IMG/VR virus record: IMGVR_UViG_3300045999_010308
Coordinates: 1-64,000 of that record
Source: an uncultured virus (IMG/VR IMGVR_UViG_3300045999_010308)
Lineage: Duplodnaviria > Heunggongvirae > Uroviricota > Caudoviricetes
Reading direction: 5' to 3' (one strand)
Length of the DNA: 64,000 nt
The notes under the pieces were generated by a model, which saw only the letters and a program-made list of their open reading frames with translations, searched no databases and was not told where the DNA came from. This document shows positions 1 to 9,945 of the stretch, in pieces. Position 1 is the first letter of the stretch. Every line of letters begins with the position of its first letter. The position numbers and the translations under genes were made by a program.

Positions 1-109
1 GCAGTGACAGAACAATTCAACGACGAAAATCTGTTGGCTCAATTGCTAAATCAAAATATTCTCAAAGTGTCTGCGGTTTTTAATAATTAGTTCTTGTAGG
101 AGTTTTGTT

Positions 110-331
110 ATGTTTGAATCTAAAAAATCACAAATGTGGACACCAGTAAAACTACAATCTAAAAGACTTTATCACTGGTTTGACGCTACTGATAATACTA
201 CTTTTGGTTGCGATAAAAATAATAGTATTTTTATCTTAAAAGGTGGAAGTAATCAGCATTTTCTACAAAAAGTATTTGCTTTCTTTAGAAAAGCAGTAAT
301 TAATCTGATAGCGATTTTTAAAGGTCTGTAA
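110..331 (+). CDS. short hypothetical protein, resembles N-terminus of LamG-like tail-fibre family
   Basis: WTP..L...WFDA motif parallels the WTP...IWIKA start of the downstream 263-aa protein. Confidence 0.4.
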   Translation: MFESKKSQMWTPVKLQSKRLYHWFDATDNTTFGCDKNNSIFILKGGSNQHFLQKVFAFFRKAVINLIAIFKGL

Positions 332-339
332 TTTTAAAA

Positions 340-1131
340 ATGCTAATAATTGATGCTAGTCCGACGCAAAGATGGACTCCGGCTTTTTCAAATTCTGCGA
401 TTTGGATTAAAGCTAATAATAGTAGTAGTTTAACTTTAAGTGGCTTAAACGTGACTGCTGTGCAAGATTTAGTTAATAATTTAAACTTTTCTGTCACGGG
501 GCCAATTACAGTTAATACTACAGAATTAGGAGGGGAGCGATCAGTTTTAAGTATTAATAATACTAGCTCTGCTCAATTTCTTTCTGCTATTTTTAATTAT
601 GCGGGAAATGCAATTACTTTGGCATCTGTTCATAGGAATAATTCTGCGTTAGCAGGAAAAGTTAGATTCGGAAGATTATGGTCGTTGTCGCCATCGACAC
701 AACAAGATTTCGATAACACTGGTGGAATAATTTTAACTTATGGAATTAACTCTAACAATGGTGTATATTTGTTCAGAAATAATGCTGTAGCTGCTCAAAC
801 ATCCCCTTTAATTAATAATCAATGGGCATCTGTTATCGCTACCAGAAACAGTTCCCAATCGAGAATAATTTTAAATGGTGGAACTGCATCATCTGGAACC
901 ACTTCTTTAGCTAATCTTGATTGTAATAGAATTAGGATTGGGAACGATATAACCGCAGTCGATTCAGGGATGAACGGCTTTATCGCTGAAAATATTTTAT
1001 GGACTAGAGAGCTATCTACCAATGAGATTAATTTATTAGCTGGTTATTTTCATTGGGAATGGGGGTTACAGTCTCTTCTACCAACGAATCACCCTTTTAA
1101 AAATCGTCCACCTCTTGTGTCTGATATTTAA
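340..1131 (+). CDS. LamG/concanavalin A-like lectin-fold virion/tail-fibre domain protein
   Basis: beta-rich N/S/T/G sequence; RIRIGND...MNGFIAENILWTRELS and C-terminal WGLQSLLPTNHPFKNRPP typical of this phage family. Confidence 0.6.
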   Translation: MLIIDASPTQRWTPAFSNSAIWIKANNSSSLTLSGLNVTAVQDLVNNLNFSVTGPITVNTTELGGERSVLSINNTSSAQFLSAIFNYAGNAITLASVHRNNSALAGKVRFGRLWSLSPSTQQDFDNTGGIILTYGINSNNGVYLFRNNAVAAQTSPLINNQWASVIATRNSSQSRIILNGGTASSGTTSLANLDCNRIRIGNDITAVDSGMNGFIAENILWTRELSTNEINLLAGYFHWEWGLQSLLPTNHPFKNRPPLVSDI

Positions 1132-1316
1132 GGTAAAATAAAATCAGAAAATATTTGGAGAATTTAAATTGAATTACAGAAAATACTTAGCTGGAATTAG
1201 TATTCCACCAGCAGAATTGATCACATGGCAAGACAAGAGTGGCAATAATAACCACCTTTTAGCACAACCGAAAAAAAGGTGGCATCAACGGCTTTCTGTC
1301 TTATCGAGCGATGCTA

Positions 1317-2384
1317 TTAAATATCATCCCATCCCGTTAAGCCAGAAGACATAACATAACTGGTAACAGTTGCTTCAAAAAAGTTTGACTTAGTGTGACC
1401 TTCCCCTTGAGTATCAGAGAATTTCTCTAAATGGGAATAGGGAGATTTTTTGTATTTGTCCTCGGTAAAAATTGGATTTAAGCCGATGGCTTTTAGTCGA
1501 ATATTGGCAAGGTATTTAGTATAGTGATCTATACTTTCTTCAGTAATGCCCAGTATTTGATTACCGATAATATGGTTAGACCAATTAATTTCTTGATTGA
1601 CAGCCTCTAAAAATGAACTTGCTATACCTTCTTTAATTGACTCTTTCGGGAATAATTGCAATGCTTCCACAATTAATTTTTGATACAATCGGACGTGACT
1701 TAATTCGTCTCGGTTGATCATCCTAAAAATATCGGCACTTCCAGCCATTAGCTGTCTAGAAGCTAAATTATAAAAATACTGGAACCCATTATAGAAATAC
1801 AGTCCTTCTAGAATATAATTAGCAACAAGAGAACCAAAATAATTACCCTGTGTTGGGCTGTCAATATATTTTTGATAAGAACTAGCAATAAATTCACAGC
1901 GATTTCTAAGAATTTTATCGGTGCGCCATAAATCATAAATTTCAGCCCTTTTGTTTGAGGGAATAATAGTCTCAATCAAGTATTGATAACTTTGATTGTG
2001 CATAGCCTCTTGAGAGATTTGTTCTGCCATACAAAGGCTGATCTCTGGGGCTGTGACGCAAGATTTTAAGTGAGGAATGTTACAGGTTTGTACAGAATCA
2101 AGAAAAGTTAGATAGGATAAAATACCATCATAAGCGCGTCTTTCATCAAGGGTTAAGTTATTATAGTCAGTTATATCTTGAGTAATATCTATTTTTTGCG
2201 GAATCCAGAAATTTTCACGCATCTGTTGATATAAACCTACAGCCCAAGCGTAGCGGACATCATTTAATTGCATTAGGTTGGTAGTGTTACCAAACCAGAT
2301 AGATCGAGTTTCAGTCGCATCATCCCCCGATGGATTGAAGATCGGGGAAATGGGCATTTTATTGTCAAGATTTGCTGATGTCAT
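1317..2384 (-). CDS. nrdB: ribonucleotide reductase class Ia beta subunit
   Basis: FWIPQ, EAMHNQSY, EGLYFYNGF, INRDELSH diiron motifs; NFFE C-terminal motif. Confidence 0.95.
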   Translation of the reverse strand: MTSANLDNKMPISPIFNPSGDDATETRSIWFGNTTNLMQLNDVRYAWAVGLYQQMRENFWIPQKIDITQDITDYNNLTLDERRAYDGILSYLTFLDSVQTCNIPHLKSCVTAPEISLCMAEQISQEAMHNQSYQYLIETIIPSNKRAEIYDLWRTDKILRNRCEFIASSYQKYIDSPTQGNYFGSLVANYILEGLYFYNGFQYFYNLASRQLMAGSADIFRMINRDELSHVRLYQKLIVEALQLFPKESIKEGIASSFLEAVNQEINWSNHIIGNQILGITEESIDHYTKYLANIRLKAIGLNPIFTEDKYKKSPYSHLEKFSDTQGEGHTKSNFFEATVTSYVMSSGLTGWDDI

Positions 2385-2401
2385 AGTTTTGATTGAGTAA
2401 A

Positions 2402-2674
2402 TTATCTGAAGATTGATTTAAAAGCTTCTAGGTCAAGATGTATGTCGTATTTTTTCCAGTGAATATAGCTGCCGTCTTCTGGAATAGTAAATCTTGATTG
2501 GTCGGATATTTCGATTCTTTTTAGTGCTGACAGAGAACTAAACGGAATCTGAAATAAATTTAAATTGCAATCAAAAACGATTAAGCTATCTTTAAAAACA
2601 ATAGCTGTACTAATCATCTTATTAGATGAACGCCATTTGTGAGCGATTATGATTCTTTTAATTATTGAAATCAT
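2402..2674 (-). CDS. DUF2442-like protein (putative antitoxin-family)
   Basis: DGSYIHW..YDIHL motif. Confidence 0.55.
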   Translation of the reverse strand: MISIIKRIIIAHKWRSSNKMISTAIVFKDSLIVFDCNLNLFQIPFSSLSALKRIEISDQSRFTIPEDGSYIHWKKYDIHLDLEAFKSIFR

Positions 2675-2961
2675 GGTTTATCTGAAGGTTCCCAGTCTCT
2701 ACATTGTACACAAGAAATAGAGGGATTTACACTACATTTCAGATTAAAATCTTTATGGGTTTCAGGATTATAATATTTACAAGAACTAATCCGATTATAT
2801 TCAGCTGTTGAATAGTATTTGAGTTGTTTAACTGTGTAGATTAAATTGGTCTTAAATCTAAAAAACACTCTACACACGACAACAGCAAAAATTAAAGCAG
2901 TATAAAGTAAAAATATACTTAATACAATAGTTGCTAGAAAGTTAATAATTATTATTGCCAT
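2671..2961 (-). CDS. membrane-anchored Cys-rich protein (DUF6464-like)
   Basis: N-terminal TM helix; CKYYN...LKCSVNP...C..CRDW. Confidence 0.5.
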   Translation of the reverse strand: MAIIIINFLATIVLSIFLLYTALIFAVVVCRVFFRFKTNLIYTVKQLKYYSTAEYNRISSCKYYNPETHKDFNLKCSVNPSISCVQCRDWEPSDKP

Positions 2962-3018
2962 AATGATTATTTATTTTTTCGAGTATTGATAAAATAACAG
3001 AAAAAATGATATTCATGG

Positions 3019-5271
3019 TTAATTAGCACAACTAGAACAGCTATCTTTAAAGTTATCCTTCTGAACAGTCCGTACATAATAGACTGCTTTACATTCTGAT
3101 TCCCACGCTAAAACTAGAGTTTCGTAAATTTCTTTAACTGTTAATACGCGGTTAGGTTCGTCAGGAAAATAAACACCCTGATTAAGGTTAAATAGTAATT
3201 CCATAGAAATCCCTGTATCAATCCATTTTTGCATTTCAGCAATCGCTTGAACAACAATCTTTTGATCAAGATTTTGATTCTCTTGATAATACCAAAAAGA
3301 ATCTTTGATAAAAGGAGGACAATTAGGAATAGCACCTTTTGAGTTTTTTTCTGTGAATACCCGCTTAAAGACGGGCAAAACACTAGCAGTACAACCCTGA
3401 ATTAAAGATGAAGTAGTATTGGGAGCTATAGCAGTAATATGAGAGTTTCTAATCCCGTAGCGTTGCACATCATTAATTAATTTATGCCAATTATAGGTAT
3501 CATCAGAATTTACTTTGAACCATTCTAATGGTTTAGCCCCTAGTAATTTACCCTGACTCCATTCACTGCCAGAAAAAGCTTGATAAGCACCGCGTTCTTT
3601 AGCTAATTCCATCGAAGCGTGAGTACAAAAATAGCTAATTCTTTCAAATAAATCACTGATAGATTTAAAGTCTTTATAAGATAATTTTTGTTTAGCCAAC
3701 CAATCGGCTAATCCCATGACTCCAACTCCAATCGTTCGATATTTATCATTATGTTCTTTAGCCTCGCCAATTGGGGGACAAGTGAGGTCGATAGTATTGT
3801 CAAGCATCCTGACAGCAAGATGACACATTTCTGATAAATCAGCAAGAGTGTCAATGTTAGCAAGATTAAGACTAACTAAATTACAGCAATGGGCCGTTTT
3901 ACCCGGTGTGACATTAGAAAAGCTTTCACAGCACAAATTAACTTGAGGGATGTACCCATCGTGTTTATTAGGATTAGCCCGATTAATGGTATCTTTGAAG
4001 GCAAGATAAGGCATACCTGTCTCGATTTGAGAGCGCATAATATCTTTAAATAATTCCCTAGCATTAACCTTCTTGTAGAGAGTAATTTTTGTTCCTAGAC
4101 TATCTTCAATTAATTCATAAGCCTCTTCAAATTTGTCCCCCCATAGTTCCGCTAATTCTATCCCTAGTTGTGTGCAAACTTCATAAGGATCAACTAATGT
4201 CCACTCGGCTTTATTTATTACCCGACGCATAAATTCATCGGTGATAACTAATTGGGGAAAAATATCATAAGCTTTGCGTCTTTGATCACCGGTTTCTGTT
4301 TGCATTTCCAAAAATTCTGGCACATCTAAATGCCAGATATCAACACCGATAGTTACTGCCCCGGCGCGTCTTCCCCCCTGATTTACTGCAATAGCTGTGT
4401 CGTTGAGTAATTTAATCCAGGGTATAATCCCCCCGGAAGCGTTAGCTTTTCCCATAACCGAGCTACCAGTGGCACGGATTCTACTCACATTCACCCCGAC
4501 ACCGCCACCATTCTTAGAGATGCGAGCAGTATTAGTAATCTCGCTAAAAATACTCTCTAGATTGTCTTCCATTGCTACGATGAAGCAACTACTTAAAGAA
4601 CCATTAGGGGTTCTTAGATTGCCTAAAATTGGAGTAGCTAGAGAGATTTTTCTTTGGGCTATGGCTAGGTAGATTTGACGAGCAAAACTTAATCTATCTT
4701 CTGGTTCCTTTTCTACACTGGCAAGTAATAAAGCGCAAGTCAAAAAAGCCTCTTGAGGTAATTCACAATCAAGTAAATACCTTTTTGACAACATGATTGC
4801 ACCAGCATAGTCAAAGTCTTTATCGTATTCTGGGTATATCCACTCCCCCGCAATTTCTAAGTCTTTTTCGTCATAGATTTCCGTAATTTTTGAATCATAA
4901 ACACCTCTATCCACTTGCCACTGGGCATATTTAGCGTAGTCAGTTCCTTCTAATCTCCTGAAAACCGTGCGAGATAAATACCCGCCAAATTCTCTTTTAA
5001 TTCTAGTATCCTTCCACAGTCCCCAGACGTGAAGTCTTCCAGCTACATACTTCCAATCGGTTTCTTCTACACAAAACAATCGTGTGGCAACATTGATTAA
5101 ATTTTCTTGAATTTCTTGCGTGGTAATACTATCTCGTAATCGAGAGGTTAACCCTGATTCTAAAGCGAGGGGATTTACTTCTAACCCTTCACACGCCCAT
5201 TCCACTACTCGTCGAATTTTAGTGATGTCTAAGGGACGAGTTTCTCCACTTCTTTGAATTACGTTAATCAT
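3019..5271 (-). CDS. nrdA: ribonucleotide reductase class Ia alpha subunit with ATP cone
   Basis: ATP-cone start VIQRSG, SSCF, NLCCE catalytic motif, APNTTSS, YYVR, C-terminal CSSC. Confidence 0.96.
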   Translation of the reverse strand: MINVIQRSGETRPLDITKIRRVVEWACEGLEVNPLALESGLTSRLRDSITTQEIQENLINVATRLFCVEETDWKYVAGRLHVWGLWKDTRIKREFGGYLSRTVFRRLEGTDYAKYAQWQVDRGVYDSKITEIYDEKDLEIAGEWIYPEYDKDFDYAGAIMLSKRYLLDCELPQEAFLTCALLLASVEKEPEDRLSFARQIYLAIAQRKISLATPILGNLRTPNGSLSSCFIVAMEDNLESIFSEITNTARISKNGGGVGVNVSRIRATGSSVMGKANASGGIIPWIKLLNDTAIAVNQGGRRAGAVTIGVDIWHLDVPEFLEMQTETGDQRRKAYDIFPQLVITDEFMRRVINKAEWTLVDPYEVCTQLGIELAELWGDKFEEAYELIEDSLGTKITLYKKVNARELFKDIMRSQIETGMPYLAFKDTINRANPNKHDGYIPQVNLCCESFSNVTPGKTAHCCNLVSLNLANIDTLADLSEMCHLAVRMLDNTIDLTCPPIGEAKEHNDKYRTIGVGVMGLADWLAKQKLSYKDFKSISDLFERISYFCTHASMELAKERGAYQAFSGSEWSQGKLLGAKPLEWFKVNSDDTYNWHKLINDVQRYGIRNSHITAIAPNTTSSLIQGCTASVLPVFKRVFTEKNSKGAIPNCPPFIKDSFWYYQENQNLDQKIVVQAIAEMQKWIDTGISMELLFNLNQGVYFPDEPNRVLTVKEIYETLVLAWESECKAVYYVRTVQKDNFKDSCSSCAN

Positions 5272-5339
5272 TTGGTTACTCCTGATTTTTAATTTTACTT
5301 TAATAATGATTGTCCTTTTGGGATAATTTGTGTTGACAT

Positions 5340-6875
5340 TTATTTATCCTGAGTGTAATTTGTTTTTAGTTGAGATGCCCGTTCAATTTCTCTAGCTAGG
5401 TAGCCGATATGAAAAGATTGAATACTGGGACAATCGGCAATTATTTGACGGATTAGCTTCAAAGGATTCTTACCTTCCCATTTTCCCACAAATTCACCGT
5501 TAGGGGTTAGCTGACTGACTGTGATATTATTGCCATCTGTTTCTACTAAAAAGTTACCAGCGGGATCACTGTACTCTCGAAACTCTTGACTAATAATTGA
5601 TTGGTATTGATTGTTAATTAACTGTTGTACGTTTTCCCAACAGTCATCGTAAATATGGGCCGATTGGCTAATAGTAATTAATGGACCCATTGATAAATTG
5701 TAGTCAGAGTGCTTGCTAATCTCATCCCTAATATGTTGCTGTAAAGCCCGCAGTCCCATGGCATTAGCGGGCCAAGCAGAAAACATATCATTACTTCTAA
5801 AGGTAGCTGTTAAAGACAGTTCATTATCTACTACTCTTACCCAAATGTGATTAAGGCAAGGTGAACCGCCGTGATTATGATCTGAGTCACCCCCTTTTCT
5901 TTCTCCTCGCACGATTGTATGATAATCGTTTGTACGCCAACTGTTATGTTCAGCAAGTATTTGATAGTTTCCACTCCCACTATCCCAGAGGGACATAACT
6001 GCACTGGCAGAGTCGATTTCTTTGATTAATTTTGTGATAACTGCTTTAATCTGATCCTGACCGAACCAAGAGCGTAATCTTTGACCGTAGGTATATTTAA
6101 CTCCTTCCCGATAGTTAGCATCACTAAGTATTTGTGGAATATAGTTCTTTAGATATTTTCTATCTAAAGGTAAGTAATTAGGTTCTGGAAAATAAAAATC
6201 TTCTGATTCATCGGTAACTATCGCCATTAAATCGATTAATTCTTGCCATTTACCGTCATAGCCAGTAGGTCTGATCGTGCCAGTAGTTTTGATTCTTTGC
6301 AGTATTTTTATCCAAGTTTCAGCAATGGTTTTACCTTCAATCCGATGACCATAGAGCGACCCAGGTTTTACTTCTGATGTAGGTTCATTGTAGGGAAAAG
6401 CCATCGGTTCTGCCCACGGTTTATTAGCACCATAAACTGTAGCCAGAATTGCGTAAGTTGTGAGACTATCTCTTAAAGTAACAGAAGACCGTAATTGATT
6501 TAAAACTTCTAAAGGAATATCTATATCAATATATCCTTTCACTAAAGAATCAATTACCCAACACTCTTTCCCTACATCATTTTTTCCTTTATAAACTCCA
6601 TTCTCAAAGAAGTCTTTCAAGCATTGAACACTACCAGAATTTTTGTCTTCTTGGGTTGAATCCATTACAACAAGATCGCGGACGTGGGGATTAGCTAACA
6701 AATTGCGAACTAAAAAGTTAATTCCCCTTGATGCACTATAAAGATTGCCAATCACAGCATAATCAGAAGGATCAAGTTTTGCGGCTACCGACTTAGCAGG
6801 AGTCCATCCTGTGCAGATAGCTATACAGCCTGTCCCGACAATTAATTGATTGGGCTTGTAGATTGCATTAAACAT
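5340..6875 (-). CDS. thyA: thymidylate synthase (ThyA fold) with N-terminal MtrA-like and C-terminal DUF4346-like domains
   Basis: YTYGQRL, SPCL, FRSNDM...AN, SAHIY; C-terminal DPAGNF...HIGYLARE. Confidence 0.8.
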   Translation of the reverse strand: MFNAIYKPNQLIVGTGCIAICTGWTPAKSVAAKLDPSDYAVIGNLYSASRGINFLVRNLLANPHVRDLVVMDSTQEDKNSGSVQCLKDFFENGVYKGKNDVGKECWVIDSLVKGYIDIDIPLEVLNQLRSSVTLRDSLTTYAILATVYGANKPWAEPMAFPYNEPTSEVKPGSLYGHRIEGKTIAETWIKILQRIKTTGTIRPTGYDGKWQELIDLMAIVTDESEDFYFPEPNYLPLDRKYLKNYIPQILSDANYREGVKYTYGQRLRSWFGQDQIKAVITKLIKEIDSASAVMSLWDSGSGNYQILAEHNSWRTNDYHTIVRGERKGGDSDHNHGGSPCLNHIWVRVVDNELSLTATFRSNDMFSAWPANAMGLRALQQHIRDEISKHSDYNLSMGPLITISQSAHIYDDCWENVQQLINNQYQSIISQEFREYSDPAGNFLVETDGNNITVSQLTPNGEFVGKWEGKNPLKLIRQIIADCPSIQSFHIGYLAREIERASQLKTNYTQDK

Positions 6876-7160
6876 TGGCTTTTCCTTTTTCTTTAATATT
6901 GGGTTGCTTCCAAGTTTCTATTTCTTTCAGAAATAAATCAGATTTAGGTTTCCAGTTTTCTATTTCTTTAAGAAGCGAGTCTAATTTTGCGTTGATTTCT
7001 TCAAGAGTCATAATTGATTTTACCTCTACTTTGTTCAAGAGATTTTATTTCTGCTAATGTTTTTTTGATTGATTCTTTTTCATTGGCAAGCAATTCTCTT
7101 ACTTTTTGAAAAAGAATCAATATTCTTTTGTCAATTTCTGCGATAGTTATAAGTCCCTCT

Positions 7161-7421
7161 TTATTGAGGCCTAACAAATACATGATATACCAATCCAGCT
7201 AGTTGATAAGTTCCAATGTATTGTCCTTTTTCATCTATCCAATAGCTACCAGTATAGTAAGTCAAAATATCAAAAATCCTCTTAGGTTCTTCTGTTTCTA
7301 CTAATGCCCAAAGTGTAGGAATATTATTTTGCAACTGAACGCATAATATCTTCGCGTTTAAAGGCATTTCAATCTCGCGACAAGAAGTTGTATCTATAGG
7401 GTACTTCCAGATGGTTCTCAT
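7161..7421 (-). CDS. conserved phage hypothetical protein
   Basis: IWKY...ILCVQ.Q...LWALV...YIGT...VYHVF pattern common in phages. Confidence 0.6.
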   Translation of the reverse strand: MRTIWKYPIDTTSCREIEMPLNAKILCVQLQNNIPTLWALVETEEPKRIFDILTYYTGSYWIDEKGQYIGTYQLAGLVYHVFVRPQ

Positions 7422-7476
7422 TGGTTTTTTGGGTTAGTGTACATTGATCCGATAACCAGTAACTGACATTGTGGTA

Positions 7477-7680
7477 CTACTCTGTTCTTGGGAAAGGATT
7501 ATCTCCTAATCCCCATTGATGCTTAAGAAAAGCTTTGTACATATTTTCTCTGACCATCATTTGTTCGTAAAGCTTGATCAGGAAATCCTGCGCTTGCTCC
7601 TGACTCATTTTTTCTACCTGAGTCTGAAAAGAACGAATGTTGAACTGTTGTTCTAAGGAAAGTTCGATAGGTTGAGACAT
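7477..7680 (-). CDS. nblA: phycobilisome degradation adaptor NblA
   Basis: LSLEQQF.IRSF..QV..MS.EQAQ.FL..LY.QMM..EN.YK..LKHQWG matches the NblA consensus. Confidence 0.93.
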   Translation of the reverse strand: MSQPIELSLEQQFNIRSFQTQVEKMSQEQAQDFLIKLYEQMMVRENMYKAFLKHQWGLGDNPFPRTE

Positions 7681-7695
7681 AGCATTACTCCTAAA

Positions 7696-7887
7696 TTAAA
7701 ATTCAGACTCTTCTTTTTGAGGTTCAAATCTATTATCAAAGTCTTCCAACGTTTGTTTTAGACAATGATAAAAGCCATTAAATTCGTCAAAAGGTTCCCA
7801 GTCTTTTTCGTGATGTTTGAGTAGCTTTCTTGCCATTTCTGGTTCAATGGGAACGTAAATGTAGTCTTCTAGTGATTTATCTTCCAC
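7696..7887 (-). CDS. hypothetical protein
   Basis: ORF in co-oriented operon. Confidence 0.5.
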   Translation of the reverse strand: MEDKSLEDYIYVPIEPEMARKLLKHHEKDWEPFDEFNGFYHCLKQTLEDFDNRFEPQKEESEF

Positions 7888-8173
7888 TGTCTAACTCCTC
7901 CCAAAAATTGTCAAAACAAGTGATTTTCGTCTCTAATCTTCTGTCAAATAAATCTTGAAAATTAGGATTATCAATTTCTTTTTTTATTCTATCAGAGTAT
8001 TCATGTACAAAAGAAATAATGTTTTCAAGGCTGATAGCATTGTTAGCTTCATCTTGATAATATTGTTCTTTTTGAGCATTCGACATTTTATCCCAAATTT
8101 GACTTCTTAATTCTATTAAGTCTTTTTTGGTTTTTTCTACAAAAGCAAGTCTAGCTTTAATTCTATCTTCCAT
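7877..8173 (-). CDS. hypothetical protein
   Basis: ORF with GGAG RBS in co-oriented operon. Confidence 0.55.
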   Translation of the reverse strand: MEDRIKARLAFVEKTKKDLIELRSQIWDKMSNAQKEQYYQDEANNAISLENIISFVHEYSDRIKKEIDNPNFQDLFDRRLETKITCFDNFWEELDSGR

Positions 8174-8202
8174 TGCCTAACTCCTTCCCAAAATTATCAA
8201 AA

Positions 8203-8712
8203 CTAGGTAATTTTTTGCTTTGTCTTTACTAAAACTTCCCACAGGTCGTTAGTGTAGGCTAGTTCTCTAGCCAGTTTTCTTTGTCTTTCTCTGTAATCTT
8301 CTTCCCATGATTTCTGAAATTCATCCCACGCTTTCTCGTCCCATCGTTTTTCGTATATATCATATTCGTATTGACTGTAGTCAAAGTCGTTCATTTTTTG
8401 CCACATTTCTTGTATTGTTTTTCTGAAATAGTTTTGCCTAATTTTCTTTAATTCCTCCCATACGTCATTAAAATTTGGAATAATTAATTGACTGGTTTTT
8501 ATCCAATTTTTCCAGTTTGCTTGCGTGTACTTTTTTATCGGATTAACCTCGACAATTTCCTGTATAACATTTTTTAGCAGTTCAATGCTTTTAATGTCTA
8601 GACATTCTTGAATTTCAAAACCACAGTAGTTACAAAAAACTACATAACTTAATGTGGTTCCCATTTTTACTCCAAGAGATAACGAGGTTTTATGAAGCTT
8701 GGATTTGTCCAT
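8203..8712 (-). CDS. hypothetical protein (CxxC, Trp-rich)
   Basis: ORF with AGGAGG RBS downstream of promoter 8882-8910. Confidence 0.6.
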   Translation of the reverse strand: MDKSKLHKTSLSLGVKMGTTLSYVVFCNYCGFEIQECLDIKSIELLKNVIQEIVEVNPIKKYTQANWKNWIKTSQLIIPNFNDVWEELKKIRQNYFRKTIQEMWQKMNDFDYSQYEYDIYEKRWDEKAWDEFQKSWEEDYRERQRKLARELAYTNDLWEVLVKTKQKIT

Positions 8713-8881
8713 GATGTACCTCCTTTAGATAACTATTTGGCTTTATAAGTTAACTTTTTTCTAAGAAAAGCCAAGAAACCCATAGAACTACTATCGCAAT
8801 ATTTAACATGAAAAATGTTAAATCTATCAGTAATTGTTTTGACATAATTTTATCTTGTTTCTACAAATTTACCATAACTCA

Positions 8882-8910
8882 ACTATACGCCTTCTTACTT
8901 GAATTGTCAA
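8882..8910 (-). promoter_or_regulatory. sigma70-type promoter
   Basis: TTGACA-17 nt-TATAGT on minus strand. Confidence 0.6.
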
Positions 8911-8955
8911 GATAATTTTGATACACTAAGATTAGAAAAATTTATATTAATACAA

Positions 8956-9390
8956 ATGTTTGACACTGCTATTGGAGTTGCGGGAAAGTTTCTAGAAAAT
9001 CCCACAATTAAGGCTAATGCCTCTCTATCCTTTTCTGTGGCTACAGGCTCTACCATGACTACCGATGCCGTTGGTAATCCAATTATGCGAGCATCTTCTA
9101 CAGAGTCTTTAGTAATTGCCTGTTGGTTGCAACAGGCAAAACCGCCTGTAGCAGAAGTACAAGAAGGTAGTTATCTCGATTGTGAATATTTTGAGGGAAG
9201 ATTGGTAAAGCCTAAAGATTACCCGTTCCCAATTCAGGCTACAGGGGAATTACAAGTAACAATTAATAACAGAATCGGTCTTGTCAGACAGTTAAATGTG
9301 TTTGAGTCTCCGACAAGCCAGCAGTTAGGGATTGCCGCAAAACTAGGACGGAGGATTAAACTTTATGTAAGATTTGATCAAGGTAGTTAA
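8956..9390 (+). CDS. putative head-closure/head-tail adaptor or hypothetical virion protein
   Basis: ORF 8899..9390, likely ATG at 8956; TTDAVGNP motif resembles head-tail joining proteins; adjacent to head genes. Confidence 0.4.
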   Translation: MFDTAIGVAGKFLENPTIKANASLSFSVATGSTMTTDAVGNPIMRASSTESLVIACWLQQAKPPVAEVQEGSYLDCEYFEGRLVKPKDYPFPIQATGELQVTINNRIGLVRQLNVFESPTSQQLGIAAKLGRRIKLYVRFDQGS

Positions 9391-9548
9391 CTTTCAGAAC
9401 CTTTTAAATAACCGAGGTATCCTGAAACAACTGCTACGATAACATTGCCGTAGGTGTCAGTAGTTTCAGGAGTAAAGAAAGAATGAATCAAGCAGGCGAA
9501 AACAATTAAAACACAGACAATAGACGGGTCTAATTTAAGATGTGGCAT
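9387..9548 (-). CDS. 53-aa two-TM membrane protein (holin-like), missed by ORF track
   Basis: translated by hand: MPHLKLDPSIVCVLIVFACLIHSFFTPETTDTYGNVIVAVVSGYLGYLKGSES; start overlaps end of the RusA-like gene. Confidence 0.5.
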   Translation of the reverse strand: MPHLKLDPSIVCVLIVFACLIHSFFTPETTDTYGNVIVAVVSGYLGYLKGSES

Positions 9549-9945
9549 TGCTGTTATCATCTTCTATAAAAATTTTCTTTAGAATTGGTTTATCACTAAT
9601 TGTTAACTTTAATTCGTCTTGTTTCCATTTTGTAAACATTGAATCGTATCCATAGATATATTTTAAATTGTCGTCGACAATAACTCCTGTCTTTTTCAGT
9701 GCGTCATTAACATATTTTGCGCTGCCACAAACATTATCGGGGTCACGTCCAAAGTTTTTAATTCGCCATTCGTAAAGCATCCATACTTTGTCAGGAAAAC
9801 GTGGAATTTTTTGTTCTATAATAAGTTTTTGTATATTAAAGTCCCATTCTTTTTTAGTAGTTGCGCTTTTAAATTTATTTGCACGAGCTAATCTTATTTG
9901 ATCATTAAGAGTCGGCGGAAGTGGACAGATAAAAATCGCTTTCAT
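9535..9945 (-). CDS. RusA-like Holliday junction resolvase
   Basis: PPTLN; RDPDN...K...DAL...G.I.DDN catalytic signature. Confidence 0.8.
   Translation of the reverse strand: MKAIFICPLPPTLNDQIRLARANKFKSATTKKEWDFNIQKLIIEQKIPRFPDKVWMLYEWRIKNFGRDPDNVCGSAKYVNDALKKTGVIVDDNLKYIYGYDSMFTKWKQDELKLTISDKPILKKIFIEDDNSNATS

Noticed and set aside
7877..8212. Duplicated gene junction (KITCFDNFWEELDSGR versus KIT*FDNFGKELGNGR) as stop-codon readthrough or recoding
   Set aside because: A single instance best explained by a local duplication plus nonsense change; TAG is used as a normal stop elsewhere
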